A stretch of 64,000 nucleotides of DNA from Nanobdellota archaeon (GTDB taxonomy: Archaea > Nanobdellota > Nanobdellia > Pacearchaeales > GW2011-AR1): positions 30,905-94,904 of the forward strand of contig JBBSXN010000005.1 in the NCBI GenBank assembly GCA_038045765.1. The letters are read 5' to 3'. The number at the start of each line of letters is the position of its first letter. Position 1 is the first letter of the stretch. Both the position numbers and the translations under genes were made by a program. Below the pieces are notes generated by a model, which ran no database searches, had not been told where the DNA came from, and was given only the letters and a program-made list of their open reading frames with translations. Positions 42,698 through 52,120 of the stretch are shown in pieces.

Positions 42698-43621
42698 CTA
42701 GTTAATCAAATAAACAATTCCCAGTGCTATGAAACATCCTGCTGAGATAAATGGCATGGCTGGGTAGAACTTGCCTTTTTCTGAATAGTGGAATAATATG
42801 GCAAGTGCTACGGTTGCTCCTAAAGATATTATTATTGCTGAAAGCAAGCCGAATACATTCAATACTGCTCCTGCAAGTATAATTGGGAATATAACATCTC
42901 CTCCGCCCAGTATTGCTACGCTCATTTTTATCTTCTTGTTCTTTAATTTTGATTTCTTTGCTTTTTCTAAAGCAATTTTATCTTTTGGTAAAAGATATGG
43001 GATGAAGAAACCTGAAAATACCTTTACTTGATTTATCTGATATTTAGCCATTTTCTGCATAAACTTTGCGTGCCAGACTGCATACATGTCATATATTGAA
43101 ATTAAAATAAGTAATGAGACTGTTGTCCAAATATTTAGAAGAGGAACAAATATGGCTGCTATTCCTGGATAAATAAGAAGTTCAGTTATATTATGTAAGA
43201 GAATATCTCTTTGAAAGACTTTTAGATAAGCCAAAGGAATAGCTATAATTACTGAAATTATTAGAGCATAGTTTGTAAATCCTAAAAGGCCTGCATTTAA
43301 AGTCAAAATTAAAGCAATTATTATTACTAAAAAGAACCAGAATCTTAATATTAATTCTGCTTTAAAATTCATTAGAATAAGCATTATTACTATTGCAAAG
43401 AAAAAGGCAATTACTATTGAAAGAATATTTGCTTTAGGATTTGTGTCTTGTGGTGGTTCTAAGCCAAGAGGTAAATTGTATGATGTTTGATTTACCGCGG
43501 TTCCATTTATTTCTATCTGTGTGACTTCTGGTGAATAAACTCCTACAACAAAAAGACCTATGAATTGTGCAACTAAAAACATACCAAGCAGAATAAGAGT
43601 TATTTTAATAGAGTGCTTCAC
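42698..43621 (-). CDS. presenilin/signal-peptide-peptidase homolog (GxGD intramembrane aspartyl protease, A22 family)
   Basis: ISIYDMYAVW (YD), ILGGGDVIFPI (GxGD), YPAMPFISAG (PAL-like). About 9 hydrophobic helices. GTG start at 43621; an internal ATG alternative exists. Confidence 0.7.
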   Translation of the reverse strand: MKHSIKITLILLGMFLVAQFIGLFVVGVYSPEVTQIEINGTAVNQTSYNLPLGLEPPQDTNPKANILSIVIAFFFAIVIMLILMNFKAELILRFWFFLVIIIALILTLNAGLLGFTNYALIISVIIAIPLAYLKVFQRDILLHNITELLIYPGIAAIFVPLLNIWTTVSLLILISIYDMYAVWHAKFMQKMAKYQINQVKVFSGFFIPYLLPKDKIALEKAKKSKLKNKKIKMSVAILGGGDVIFPIILAGAVLNVFGLLSAIIISLGATVALAILFHYSEKGKFYPAMPFISAGCFIALGIVYLIN

Positions 43622-43711
43622 TCAAGAACCTCTCCGGGTTCTTCTGAACTCCAGGTTTTAGATATAGACATATAGCACTATATATATCTAAGTTTAAAAG
43701 GGTATTGATAA

Positions 43712-45040
43712 TTATAGTTTTTTGACTGTGCCTTTGTCTGCATCGACTTCTATTAAATCTCCATCTTTCAAAACCTTTGTTGCAAATTTTGTTCCAATTA
43801 TGCAGGGCTTCTTCATTTCTCTGCTGATTATGGCTGCATGACAAGTTATTCCGCCTTCATCTGTAACAAAAGCTGATGCTTTTTTCATTATTGCGATCAT
43901 GTTAGGAGTAGTCATGCTTGTTACTAGAATGTCTCCTAAATTGATCTTCTTGAAATCATCTGCACTAATTATGACCTTTACAGTTCCTTTAACATAACCC
44001 TTACAGGCAGATTGGCCTTTTAGTTCGGATATACTAGAGAGATCTTGAGTAAGAAAATCTCTAATTTCTTTAGATTTATTTCCTGAAAAACATAAAAGTT
44101 TTGCATTATCAATTACGATAGCAAAGTCCTTTATTCTTGAGCCTATCTCTGCTTTTGAAGGGATTCCTTTTAATATCTCCTCAGGCATACAATATAGTAG
44201 TTCTTCATAAGTTAATGAATTGTTTTTTGCAATCTTTTTCATTTCTGGAATGTACATGCAAAAAGCTCTGTTTAATACGTCTGTTCTTTGAGTTCGGAAG
44301 TAAATTATATATTGCATTAAGTCTACATAGATATCATCCTTACCGAGAAGATTTTTTGCTTTTTTAATAGCTTTTTTCACTTCTTCCTTTTCTTTTTTAT
44401 ATTTATCTAAAAACTCATCTTTATTCATCTTACTAAGTTTTTCTTTTGCTTGTTCAATTGTATAATAATTTTCTGACCCGTATCTTGAATTTAGCCAGAT
44501 GTATTTTTTTACGTGAGCCTTCAAATCTCCATCAGTATTGCAATTTGCTAATTCATACTCTTCATTCTTATAATAATTGTCTTCTAAAGGTACATTTAAC
44601 TCCTGCATTAGTTCTTCTGTTTCACTTTTTGATAGCTTGTTTGATAACAATCTTATCATCTTTTCAGTTATCGGTTTTTCTAAATTGTAAATTACCTGTA
44701 ATGAAGGGGCAACATAAGATTCAAACTTATCTTTGAAAGTTTGAAAATCATCTTTCTCTGAATTTAGAAGAATTTTCTCTTTTTCTAAAAATAATGCCTT
44801 GCATTTAATAAAGTTCTTTTCTATCTTCCAATAGTCAAATGCTAGTTTGCCTACATTCTGTAAGTCTGAAGTAGAGTAAAGCCACTCGCCATCTGATAAA
44901 ATTAAATCTTTAAAATGAAAATCTGTTCCTAAAAATGGTCTAAATGATGCCTTTCTGATATAGCTACCAATAATCAATCCTGCTAACAGAGTGTTGTAAG
45001 GTCTCTTAACAGTTTTTGTATATTGTTCTTTCTTAAGCAT
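43712..45040 (-). CDS. PEP-utilising-enzyme mobile (swivel phosphohistidine) domain protein (paralog 3)
   Basis: GQSACKGYVKGTVKVI...GDILVTSMTTPNM...DEGGITCHAAIISREMKKPCI...GDLIEVDADKGTVKKL. N-terminal ~330 aa helical region as in paralogs 1 and 2. Confidence 0.7.
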   Translation of the reverse strand: MLKKEQYTKTVKRPYNTLLAGLIIGSYIRKASFRPFLGTDFHFKDLILSDGEWLYSTSDLQNVGKLAFDYWKIEKNFIKCKALFLEKEKILLNSEKDDFQTFKDKFESYVAPSLQVIYNLEKPITEKMIRLLSNKLSKSETEELMQELNVPLEDNYYKNEEYELANCNTDGDLKAHVKKYIWLNSRYGSENYYTIEQAKEKLSKMNKDEFLDKYKKEKEEVKKAIKKAKNLLGKDDIYVDLMQYIIYFRTQRTDVLNRAFCMYIPEMKKIAKNNSLTYEELLYCMPEEILKGIPSKAEIGSRIKDFAIVIDNAKLLCFSGNKSKEIRDFLTQDLSSISELKGQSACKGYVKGTVKVIISADDFKKINLGDILVTSMTTPNMIAIMKKASAFVTDEGGITCHAAIISREMKKPCIIGTKFATKVLKDGDLIEVDADKGTVKKL

Positions 45041-45070
45041 AGAAATTAGTATAATATAAGAATATAAACT

Positions 45071-46951
45071 TTACTTCAGTCTAATTGTTTCGAGATTCCT
45101 TGGGACAACTGTTTCAATTCTATTCATTTTGTAAAGTGAGGATGCTAGATCTAGTGAACGTGAGATTTCTCCGTGGTTGATGATGATTTTCTTTGGCTTT
45201 GGAACCATTCTACTAATATATTGAAGAAGTTCGTGTCTTCCAGAGTGAGATGAGAATCCTTCTATTGCTTCTACCTGCATAGCAATATTTACTTTTTCTC
45301 CATCTACGTATACTTCTGTTGCTCCTTCTTTAACCTGTCTTCCTAAAGAGCCTAGACCTTGATAACATCCAAATACAATTAGATTGTTTGGATTACTTGC
45401 CATGTTTTTGAAATATTCTACTGATGCTCCTCCTACTAACATACCTGAAGTTGCAATTACTAAGCAGGGTCCTCCTTCTAAAACTTCTTTTCTTTCTGTT
45501 GGGCTACCTACTCTTTTGAAGATCTCTGAGACAAATGGATTATTATCTTGGAATATTTGATTTCTTACTGATGCTGATAAAAAGTCAGGATAAGCAGTGT
45601 GAATAGCGCAAATATCCCAAAGCATTCCGTCTAAATAAACTGGAATATTTGGTAAAGTGCCTGTTCTTATGGCTTCTTCTACTCTTAAGATGGTTTCTTG
45701 GGCGTGCCCTAGGCCTAGTTCGGGAAGAAGTATTTTACCATTTCTCGCTATTGTTTTCCTTACTAATTCTAAAAACTTACCTTCAGATTCTTCGCTTGGA
45801 GGAATGATATTATCTTTTCCGCCGTATGTAGATTCCATTTGTAAAGTTTCTACTCTTGGAAAATGATTATTTGCAGGATCTAAAAGTCTAGTTTTTCTAT
45901 AATTTGTATCTCCAGAATATACAAAATTGTGTAAACCGTTTCCTATGTTAAGGTGAACTTGTGCTGAGCCTAATACATGTCCTGCATTGTATAGAGTTAT
46001 TCTAATATCTGGAGTTATATCAGTTACTTCTCCGTAATCTAAGGTTATTGAGTGTCTTACCATTTCTTTTATGTCTTCTGCGCGATATAATGGTGAGGCT
46101 GCTTGTTTGTATGCAACACCTACAAAATCAAGAGCTACTAATGCCGCTATATCTCTTGTTGGCGGAGTTAAATAAATAGGTCCTTTGTAACCCATTTTAT
46201 ATAAATAAGGAATTAAGCCGCAATGATCGCTGTGTGCGTGTGAAAGAATTATTGCGTCAACACTGTTTAAGTCCCCTATCTCGCAAACATCAAGATAGGG
46301 GAATCTTTCCTGTCCTTCTGAATAAGCAGGGTTTATTCCACAGTCTAAAAGAACTTTTGATTTTGGAGTGTGTAACATAAGACAGGAACGACCGACTTGT
46401 CTTCCACCTCCAAGATAAGTAAGTCTTACCCACATATCCATTTTTTCTGAGCTCCAATCTGTGAATATTTTTTTACCTATATCATTTAAGAATTTTCTTC
46501 TGTAATTGTTATTTGCATATAAAACTGAACGAATCTTTTCAGTTATCTTGCTTGGAATTGCTGGACTTCTTTGAACTGATGGTGTCCAAAAAGTAGATCT
46601 CTTTATATCTGAAAGAATTGAGCCTTGTTTTCCTATTACTAGCCCTGGCTTCTTTGCTTCAATAACTACGACTGAACGCTGTACGTCGAAGATAATATTT
46701 GTTATTTCTGCTTCTTCTGGGACTAATGCTCTAATAGATTTGTCAGTGTCTTCTTCAGAAGCTAAAATTGCTTGTTCCGCTCTTAGTTCTATTCTCTTTT
46801 TTACTTTATCAACTGTTCTTTTTATATCTGCATCTCCAGATTTGAAAAATTCTTTATCTGATGTGTAAAGAACTATGTTTGCACCTTCAAATGATGCGTC
46901 ACTTACAACTTTTGGTAAGTCTTCCTTTATGCTTTTTAAGATGTCTGCCAT
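45071..46951 (-). CDS. archaeal CPSF1-type beta-CASP ribonuclease (KH + metallo-beta-lactamase + beta-CASP)
   Basis: KH motif PGLVIGKQGS. MBL HxHxDH motif ILSHAHSDHCG. 626 aa, the typical aCPSF1 length. Confidence 0.85.
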   Translation of the reverse strand: MADILKSIKEDLPKVVSDASFEGANIVLYTSDKEFFKSGDADIKRTVDKVKKRIELRAEQAILASEEDTDKSIRALVPEEAEITNIIFDVQRSVVVIEAKKPGLVIGKQGSILSDIKRSTFWTPSVQRSPAIPSKITEKIRSVLYANNNYRRKFLNDIGKKIFTDWSSEKMDMWVRLTYLGGGRQVGRSCLMLHTPKSKVLLDCGINPAYSEGQERFPYLDVCEIGDLNSVDAIILSHAHSDHCGLIPYLYKMGYKGPIYLTPPTRDIAALVALDFVGVAYKQAASPLYRAEDIKEMVRHSITLDYGEVTDITPDIRITLYNAGHVLGSAQVHLNIGNGLHNFVYSGDTNYRKTRLLDPANNHFPRVETLQMESTYGGKDNIIPPSEESEGKFLELVRKTIARNGKILLPELGLGHAQETILRVEEAIRTGTLPNIPVYLDGMLWDICAIHTAYPDFLSASVRNQIFQDNNPFVSEIFKRVGSPTERKEVLEGGPCLVIATSGMLVGGASVEYFKNMASNPNNLIVFGCYQGLGSLGRQVKEGATEVYVDGEKVNIAMQVEAIEGFSSHSGRHELLQYISRMVPKPKKIIINHGEISRSLDLASSLYKMNRIETVVPRNLETIRLK

Positions 46952-46964
46952 TTTTGAAAATTAA

Positions 46965-47684
46965 TTATTTGTATTCTGGATATATTCCTTCCGAAACAAC
47001 CTGCTTAATGCCCTCTTTGGTAATTGTGAATATGTCTATTCCATTTCCAGAACCAGAATCTCTTTGTGTTGAAGATTTTATTGCTTCCTTAGCTAAGTCA
47101 ATTGCTTCCTTTACAGTTATGTCTTTTTTATATTGTCTTTCTAAAAGACCTAAAATGTAAGGCATTCCTGATGAAAAGTTTGCGTCATATTCTTCTACTT
47201 CGTAAACTCCTCCTGCTGGTTCTATTGTATATAGGGAAGCTTTTCCATCTTCATCTACTCCTGCTGCAAGCATTCCAACTACTCCTGGAATCATGCTAGG
47301 AGTTCTTATATGTCTATAAAGCATCATTCCTAAAAGATTAGCTGCTTCTTTTACGCTCGGTCTTGATCTTGTTTTTAATTCCTTTAAACGCAGTTCAGCT
47401 GAAATTACTTTTTGATGTAAGTCAATATCTGCAGAAAGCCCTGTACCTGCTGTTGCAAAATACTCATTTACTTTAACAATTTTTTTAGAATTTTTACTCA
47501 TTACTATTGATCCTGCTGTTGCTCTTCTATCTGCTCCAAGAACTACTCCGTCTTTGCATTTAATGCCAACTAGACTAGTATTTGATTTTATTACATTCAT
47601 TCCAAGTTCATTGGTAATGTTATTCATATTATTATTCATGTTGTTCATATTATACATAAGACTAGAACCTCTGACTTTATTCAT
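46965..47684 (-). CDS. psmB: proteasome subunit beta
   Basis: Asn/Met-rich propeptide, then TSLVGIKCKDGVVLGADRRATAGS (Thr1 Ntn-hydrolase core). Confidence 0.85.
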   Translation of the reverse strand: MNKVRGSSLMYNMNNMNNNMNNITNELGMNVIKSNTSLVGIKCKDGVVLGADRRATAGSIVMSKNSKKIVKVNEYFATAGTGLSADIDLHQKVISAELRLKELKTRSRPSVKEAANLLGMMLYRHIRTPSMIPGVVGMLAAGVDEDGKASLYTIEPAGGVYEVEEYDANFSSGMPYILGLLERQYKKDITVKEAIDLAKEAIKSSTQRDSGSGNGIDIFTITKEGIKQVVSEGIYPEYK

Positions 47685-47723
47685 ATAAATTACTGGTATT
47701 TAAGGCTTTTGGTGATTTAGATT

Positions 47724-49787
47724 TTATAAAATTAAACTAGATGAATCAATTATGGAACTGTTTACCTCTTTCTTTATCTTTATTACATGATCTACGAAAC
47801 CTTCGATTATTTGTTCGTGGCTGACAAGGATTAATTGTTTGACTTTTAATTGTTCAAAGATTTCTCTTATTCTTTCTATTTGAGTTGCAGAAAAACCTTC
47901 AGTAGGCTCATCTAAGATTATTATGTCTTTAGTCTTTATACTGCTGAATACTGAATTAATTGTCTGATTTAATGCTAGTCTATATGCTAAGGCTACTGCT
48001 GTTCTTTCTCCACCAGAAAGATATGAATAATCCATTTCTATTCCATTTTGAATTATTAAAGGGGTGAAGTTTTCGTCTAAATGAACTTCGAAAGATTCGG
48101 AAGTGATCATTGCAAACCAGCTTCTGAATAGCCTGGAGAATTCCTGTCTAAGTTTCATCATAACTTGTCTTTCTATATGATTTATAAGACTTAGAAATTG
48201 ATTTGAAAGCCAATCATGCAAGTCTATTAAAGAAGAGAGTGATGTTTTCAATTTTTCTTTTGACTCTATTTCTTCTTTCAATTTAGCTATTTCTATATGA
48301 GTCAATTGGAGTTCCTTCTTTAGTTCTGCTCTAGAAATCTCTACATCTTTCTCATCTGCAAATGCTTGCTTCAATTCGAGGTTTTTTCTCTTGAAAATTA
48401 GATCATTAGGAGAAGATTTGAAAATCTGCTCTTTTAATTCCGTAATATGATTTATTAATAGTTCTATGTCCTTTACTGTTTTCTCCTTTGATTTTCTCAT
48501 TTCTGTAAGCTTTAGCTTGGCTTTCTCAAGATAAGTTGCTTTTGACCTTAATATTTCCAAGTAGGATCTCTGAGATTCTAACTTTTGAACTAATGCCTTT
48601 GAAAGATACATTTTATTTAAGATTGCGGTGTTTTCGTCCTTGAGAAGAGCCTCTTTCTTTTTTGCCTCACTTATCTTGTTTTCAGTTTCATTCAATATAA
48701 TGTGCTTATGATTCTGAGAGACATCTTGAAGACAAGTTGGACAAATATCAATTGAAAATATACTTTCTTTTTTCTTTGAAACTTCATCTTTCATAGCTAG
48801 AAGAGACTTTAGAGAGCTTTCATTATTTATGTATAAAAGGTTTAATTCTTCAAGTATTTTTTTCTGATTAATTATTTCCTGATTAATTGAATTATATATC
48901 TCTTCATCGAACTTTTCTTTAAACTCTTCAATTGCTCTTTTTATCTCTAATTCCTCCATCTCCAATCCTCTTAGGAGGTCATGCTTTGATGTTGAGAAAA
49001 CTTTTGCTTTTTCAAGCTCAGTTTCAAGCTTTTCCCTTTCTTTTATATATCCTGTTAGGACAATTATCTCTCCTTCTATTGATTTTCTAAAGGAAATCTT
49101 TTCTTTTAGAAGACTTTCCACATTAACTATTTTAGTTTCAAGAACGGTTATCTTTGACTCTGAATTTATCAAATTGAGTTTATCCGTCTCTAAGTCTTTA
49201 AGAGTTATTTGAATTTCCTTTACCTTGTCTTTTATTCTAATTAAAATAAGGGCTAAATTTGACCTTATTGTCTTGTATTTATCTATGCCGAAAACGTGCC
49301 TTAAGATAGAGAACCTTGTCTCTGCATCCTCTAAAATTATATTCTTCATCTGTTCTTGGGGAGTGTAAAGAGTGTATTTGTAAAGAAGGTTGTTTTTCTT
49401 TACGAACTCAGAAGGATAACCTATTAATTCCAGAATTTTTGTCTTTAGTTCAGTTGTTGAGCATTCTTTCTTCTCACCATTTATAGTAATTGCTGAATAG
49501 TCGTTAGTTATAGATTTCGAGTCTTTCTTTAAACGCCTTTCTATGATTATCGCATTACCATCTATTTCTAACTCTAAGCTAACTTCACCTTCTTCAGTAT
49601 TGTTTCTTAGTAATGCGGAGCCCCTCTGACCTGCCTGAAGACCGAATAAAGCATATTCAATAGCTAAAAGGATAGTGGTTTTTCCAGAGCCTACATTGCC
49701 TGAAAGAAGTAGAGAACCTGCTGGAAATTCTATCTCCTGTTCTTCATAACTTCTAAGATTTTTAATTTTTAATTTTTTGAATTGCAT
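47724..49787 (-). CDS. rad50: Rad50 ATPase (short coiled-coil form)
   Basis: Walker A GNVGSGKTT, zinc hook CPTC mid-protein in heptad-rich sequence, signature LSGGERTAVALAYRLAL, Walker B IIILDEPT. 687 aa. Confidence 0.85.
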   Translation of the reverse strand: MQFKKLKIKNLRSYEEQEIEFPAGSLLLSGNVGSGKTTILLAIEYALFGLQAGQRGSALLRNNTEEGEVSLELEIDGNAIIIERRLKKDSKSITNDYSAITINGEKKECSTTELKTKILELIGYPSEFVKKNNLLYKYTLYTPQEQMKNIILEDAETRFSILRHVFGIDKYKTIRSNLALILIRIKDKVKEIQITLKDLETDKLNLINSESKITVLETKIVNVESLLKEKISFRKSIEGEIIVLTGYIKEREKLETELEKAKVFSTSKHDLLRGLEMEELEIKRAIEEFKEKFDEEIYNSINQEIINQKKILEELNLLYINNESSLKSLLAMKDEVSKKKESIFSIDICPTCLQDVSQNHKHIILNETENKISEAKKKEALLKDENTAILNKMYLSKALVQKLESQRSYLEILRSKATYLEKAKLKLTEMRKSKEKTVKDIELLINHITELKEQIFKSSPNDLIFKRKNLELKQAFADEKDVEISRAELKKELQLTHIEIAKLKEEIESKEKLKTSLSSLIDLHDWLSNQFLSLINHIERQVMMKLRQEFSRLFRSWFAMITSESFEVHLDENFTPLIIQNGIEMDYSYLSGGERTAVALAYRLALNQTINSVFSSIKTKDIIILDEPTEGFSATQIERIREIFEQLKVKQLILVSHEQIIEGFVDHVIKIKKEVNSSIIDSSSLIL

Positions 49788-49788
49788 T

Positions 49789-50937
49789 TTATATCTCTAT
49801 TACCTTCTTTATTTCCTCATATAATCTCTCTTCAAATACTGCTGACTTTTCTTCTTCCATCTGCTCTATTTGTAGAGTACGAAGAAGATTATTTATTGAA
49901 GGATTGAACTTACTCTGATTTTTTGAAGTAAATTGATCTATAATTAAAGATTCAAGTTGATTAGCTTCTGCTTCTTCAAATACAATTTCTGAGTCTGGAT
50001 GCCTTAATTTAGTTGTGCTTTTGAGAAAAGAAAAAGCTCCTTTCTTCCTTGCAAAATTTTCTATTTTGTTGAAATCTACATCTGAAATTCTACCTTTCTC
50101 CAATATTCCAGATAAGTTTAGAATTATGATTCTTTCTAATAAATCTTGTTGATCTAGAAAAGAGATTATTTGTTGTGTTGAATTTAAAGCATCATTTATT
50201 TCGAGATTGAATGCTGATACTTTCTTTAAAGCAATTATTTCTCTCTTTATCTTACCATTGTTGAATATGCAGAAAGAACCTGATTGAAGCTCTTCTAATT
50301 CTGATATATTATTTGGGAAGATTGGACCCGAATAAGCTCTATTTTCCTTTGTGTAGAATATATGTAAGTGAGATAACGCTAGATAATCTATTTTTGGCAA
50401 CATATTTTCCTCTACGGCTGGAATTGGCAGTGTTCCTACTGCATCTCTTATTGCTGTATGTAACATAAGAATTTTAAAAAGCCCTGGAGAGTCTTGTAGT
50501 TTCATTCTTGCTATATCTTGAACTTCCATGCCTGACTTTCTTCCCGGATAGCCGTAAATTGCTACGTTTTTGTAAATTGTAGGTTGAAGATAAATAATAT
50601 TATTTTTCTCTTCAAATATTGAAACATTTTTGCAGAATCCTGAAGTTTCTAAAACGTCTAAAAAAGTCTTTCCAGAAGCAGAATAATCGTGGCTTCCAGC
50701 TATAAGAAAGACTGGAATCTTTGCTTCTTTTAACTTTCTAAATTCATTGAATGCTTCTTTCAGAGAATCTATTGGTGGATAAGCAGAATCAAATAAGTCT
50801 CCAGTTATAAGAATAAATTCTACTTTTTCTCTTAAACAGTAATTAATTGCTTGTTGAAAATATTGGAAATTTAAAGCTCTAAGCTCTGGCTGTCTCCATC
50901 CTCCTAAATGGCAATCACCTAAATGTGCAAACTTCAT
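49789..50937 (-). CDS. mre11: Mre11 nuclease
   Basis: Phosphoesterase motifs LGDCHLG, GDLFDS, AGSHD, MLHTAI and LSHLH. Immediately upstream of rad50. Confidence 0.85.
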   Translation of the reverse strand: MKFAHLGDCHLGGWRQPELRALNFQYFQQAINYCLREKVEFILITGDLFDSAYPPIDSLKEAFNEFRKLKEAKIPVFLIAGSHDYSASGKTFLDVLETSGFCKNVSIFEEKNNIIYLQPTIYKNVAIYGYPGRKSGMEVQDIARMKLQDSPGLFKILMLHTAIRDAVGTLPIPAVEENMLPKIDYLALSHLHIFYTKENRAYSGPIFPNNISELEELQSGSFCIFNNGKIKREIIALKKVSAFNLEINDALNSTQQIISFLDQQDLLERIIILNLSGILEKGRISDVDFNKIENFARKKGAFSFLKSTTKLRHPDSEIVFEEAEANQLESLIIDQFTSKNQSKFNPSINNLLRTLQIEQMEEEKSAVFEERLYEEIKKVIEI

Positions 50938-50993
50938 AAAATAATCTGAAACGGGAGTTATAAATAGATTATTGTAGTGTGAAATGGACTAAA

Positions 50994-51545
50994 TTAACTA
51001 CAAGTTATTGTCTGGACAATTGTGGCTTTTTCACAAATAGTTAACTTATTTGATGTGCCCACTGCTGGTTGGATTTCTATTCCGTAATTTCCTGAGTGAT
51101 TAAGTATACCTGGATGATAAATTCTAGTTGTTGAAGCTCCTGGTGCTAGGCCTGTGAAAGCAGAGGTTACTGTGCCAGGCGTTGTTGGAGCTTGCAAGCC
51201 TGCTGATAGATAGAAACTAGATGCGTTTGCTCCTCGTGCTCTTGGATCATTAATTAAATCTTTTACCTCTCGGTTTTCTCCACCAACTCTTATGTATGCT
51301 GCATTTAATGTAAAAAGGCCATTATTTTTTAGAGTTAAAGAAAGATTTGAAGGCCTTCCAGTAGAAGAATTTTGACATGAATAACTTTCTATTATTATTG
51401 AAGTATCATCTGGACAGGTGGCTTTATCTTTTGGAACATAAACTTGTAAATAAACAAAAACTATAGATCCTATTCCTATTGCAATTATAACTAATAGAAC
51501 ATAGCTTACCATCTCACTTAACCCTTTTTTATTTATTCTATTCAT
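50994..51545 (-). CDS. archaeal type IV pilin-like protein (class III signal peptide)
   Basis: MNRINKKG|LSEMVSYVLLVIIAIGIGSIVFVYL. Cys pairs in the globular part. Confidence 0.55.
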   Translation of the reverse strand: MNRINKKGLSEMVSYVLLVIIAIGIGSIVFVYLQVYVPKDKATCPDDTSIIIESYSCQNSSTGRPSNLSLTLKNNGLFTLNAAYIRVGGENREVKDLINDPRARGANASSFYLSAGLQAPTTPGTVTSAFTGLAPGASTTRIYHPGILNHSGNYGIEIQPAVGTSNKLTICEKATIVQTITCS

Positions 51546-51546
51546 T

Positions 51547-52077
51547 TTATCTTGATATTACGAATTGCTCGTTTTTAATCTTCTTCTTTACAACGAGATA
51601 AAGATTTTGGCCTTTTTGCACTTCAAAATCTCTTACCACTTCTTTATCTTTGTCTTTTGAATTCATTTTCACTCTTACTTTTCTTTTTTGACTTGTATCT
51701 GAAAATTGTGAATCTTCAGTTGTAAATGGAATGGAGTTTGATACTGCTCTTCCTAATTCATAATTGTAAGAAATCTCTTGTAGATGATTTGCCGAATCTG
51801 GATTTCCATATACTATACTTATATCGCTGTCAGGATTTATTTTTGAATAATACTCTGTTAAATTAGATAATTCTTCTGTAATGTCTTCTTGAGTTTTTTC
51901 ATTGAAAACTCCATTATCTATCACCTGGCTAGCTTCATAATAAACTTCATTTGATAAATCATAAGCAATTGTTTCATGAGGTTCAACTGATGAACTTGTG
52001 AATGTCTGAGACAAAGCAAGAATTATTCCTGCAATTATTAAAGCAGCTATAAGAAAAAACTGGGCCTTTTTGTTCAT
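51547..52077 (-). CDS. N-terminally anchored pilin-like/accessory protein
   Basis: MNKKAQFFLIAALIIAGIILAL has a basic leader plus a hydrophobic helix, with Ala instead of Gly at the putative cleavage site. 1-nt spacer to the downstream pilin. Confidence 0.35.
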   Translation of the reverse strand: MNKKAQFFLIAALIIAGIILALSQTFTSSSVEPHETIAYDLSNEVYYEASQVIDNGVFNEKTQEDITEELSNLTEYYSKINPDSDISIVYGNPDSANHLQEISYNYELGRAVSNSIPFTTEDSQFSDTSQKRKVRVKMNSKDKDKEVVRDFEVQKGQNLYLVVKKKIKNEQFVISR

Positions 52078-52120
52078 GATGAATTAAGATAAAAGATGTT
52101 TTTATATGTTATTGGAAGAG

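Noticed and set aside
42698-43621. Missing prepilin peptidase of the filament system
   Set aside because: The motifs are YD / GxGD followed by IFP / PAL-like, with ~9 TM helices and 307 aa. This is presenilin/SPP (A22), not A24 (no GxGD-x-K and no short FlaK/PibD layout).
43605-43844. 79-aa minus-strand ORF bridging two genes
   Set aside because: It overlaps the 3' end of the swivel-domain gene and the intergenic hairpin, with no start context or motif.
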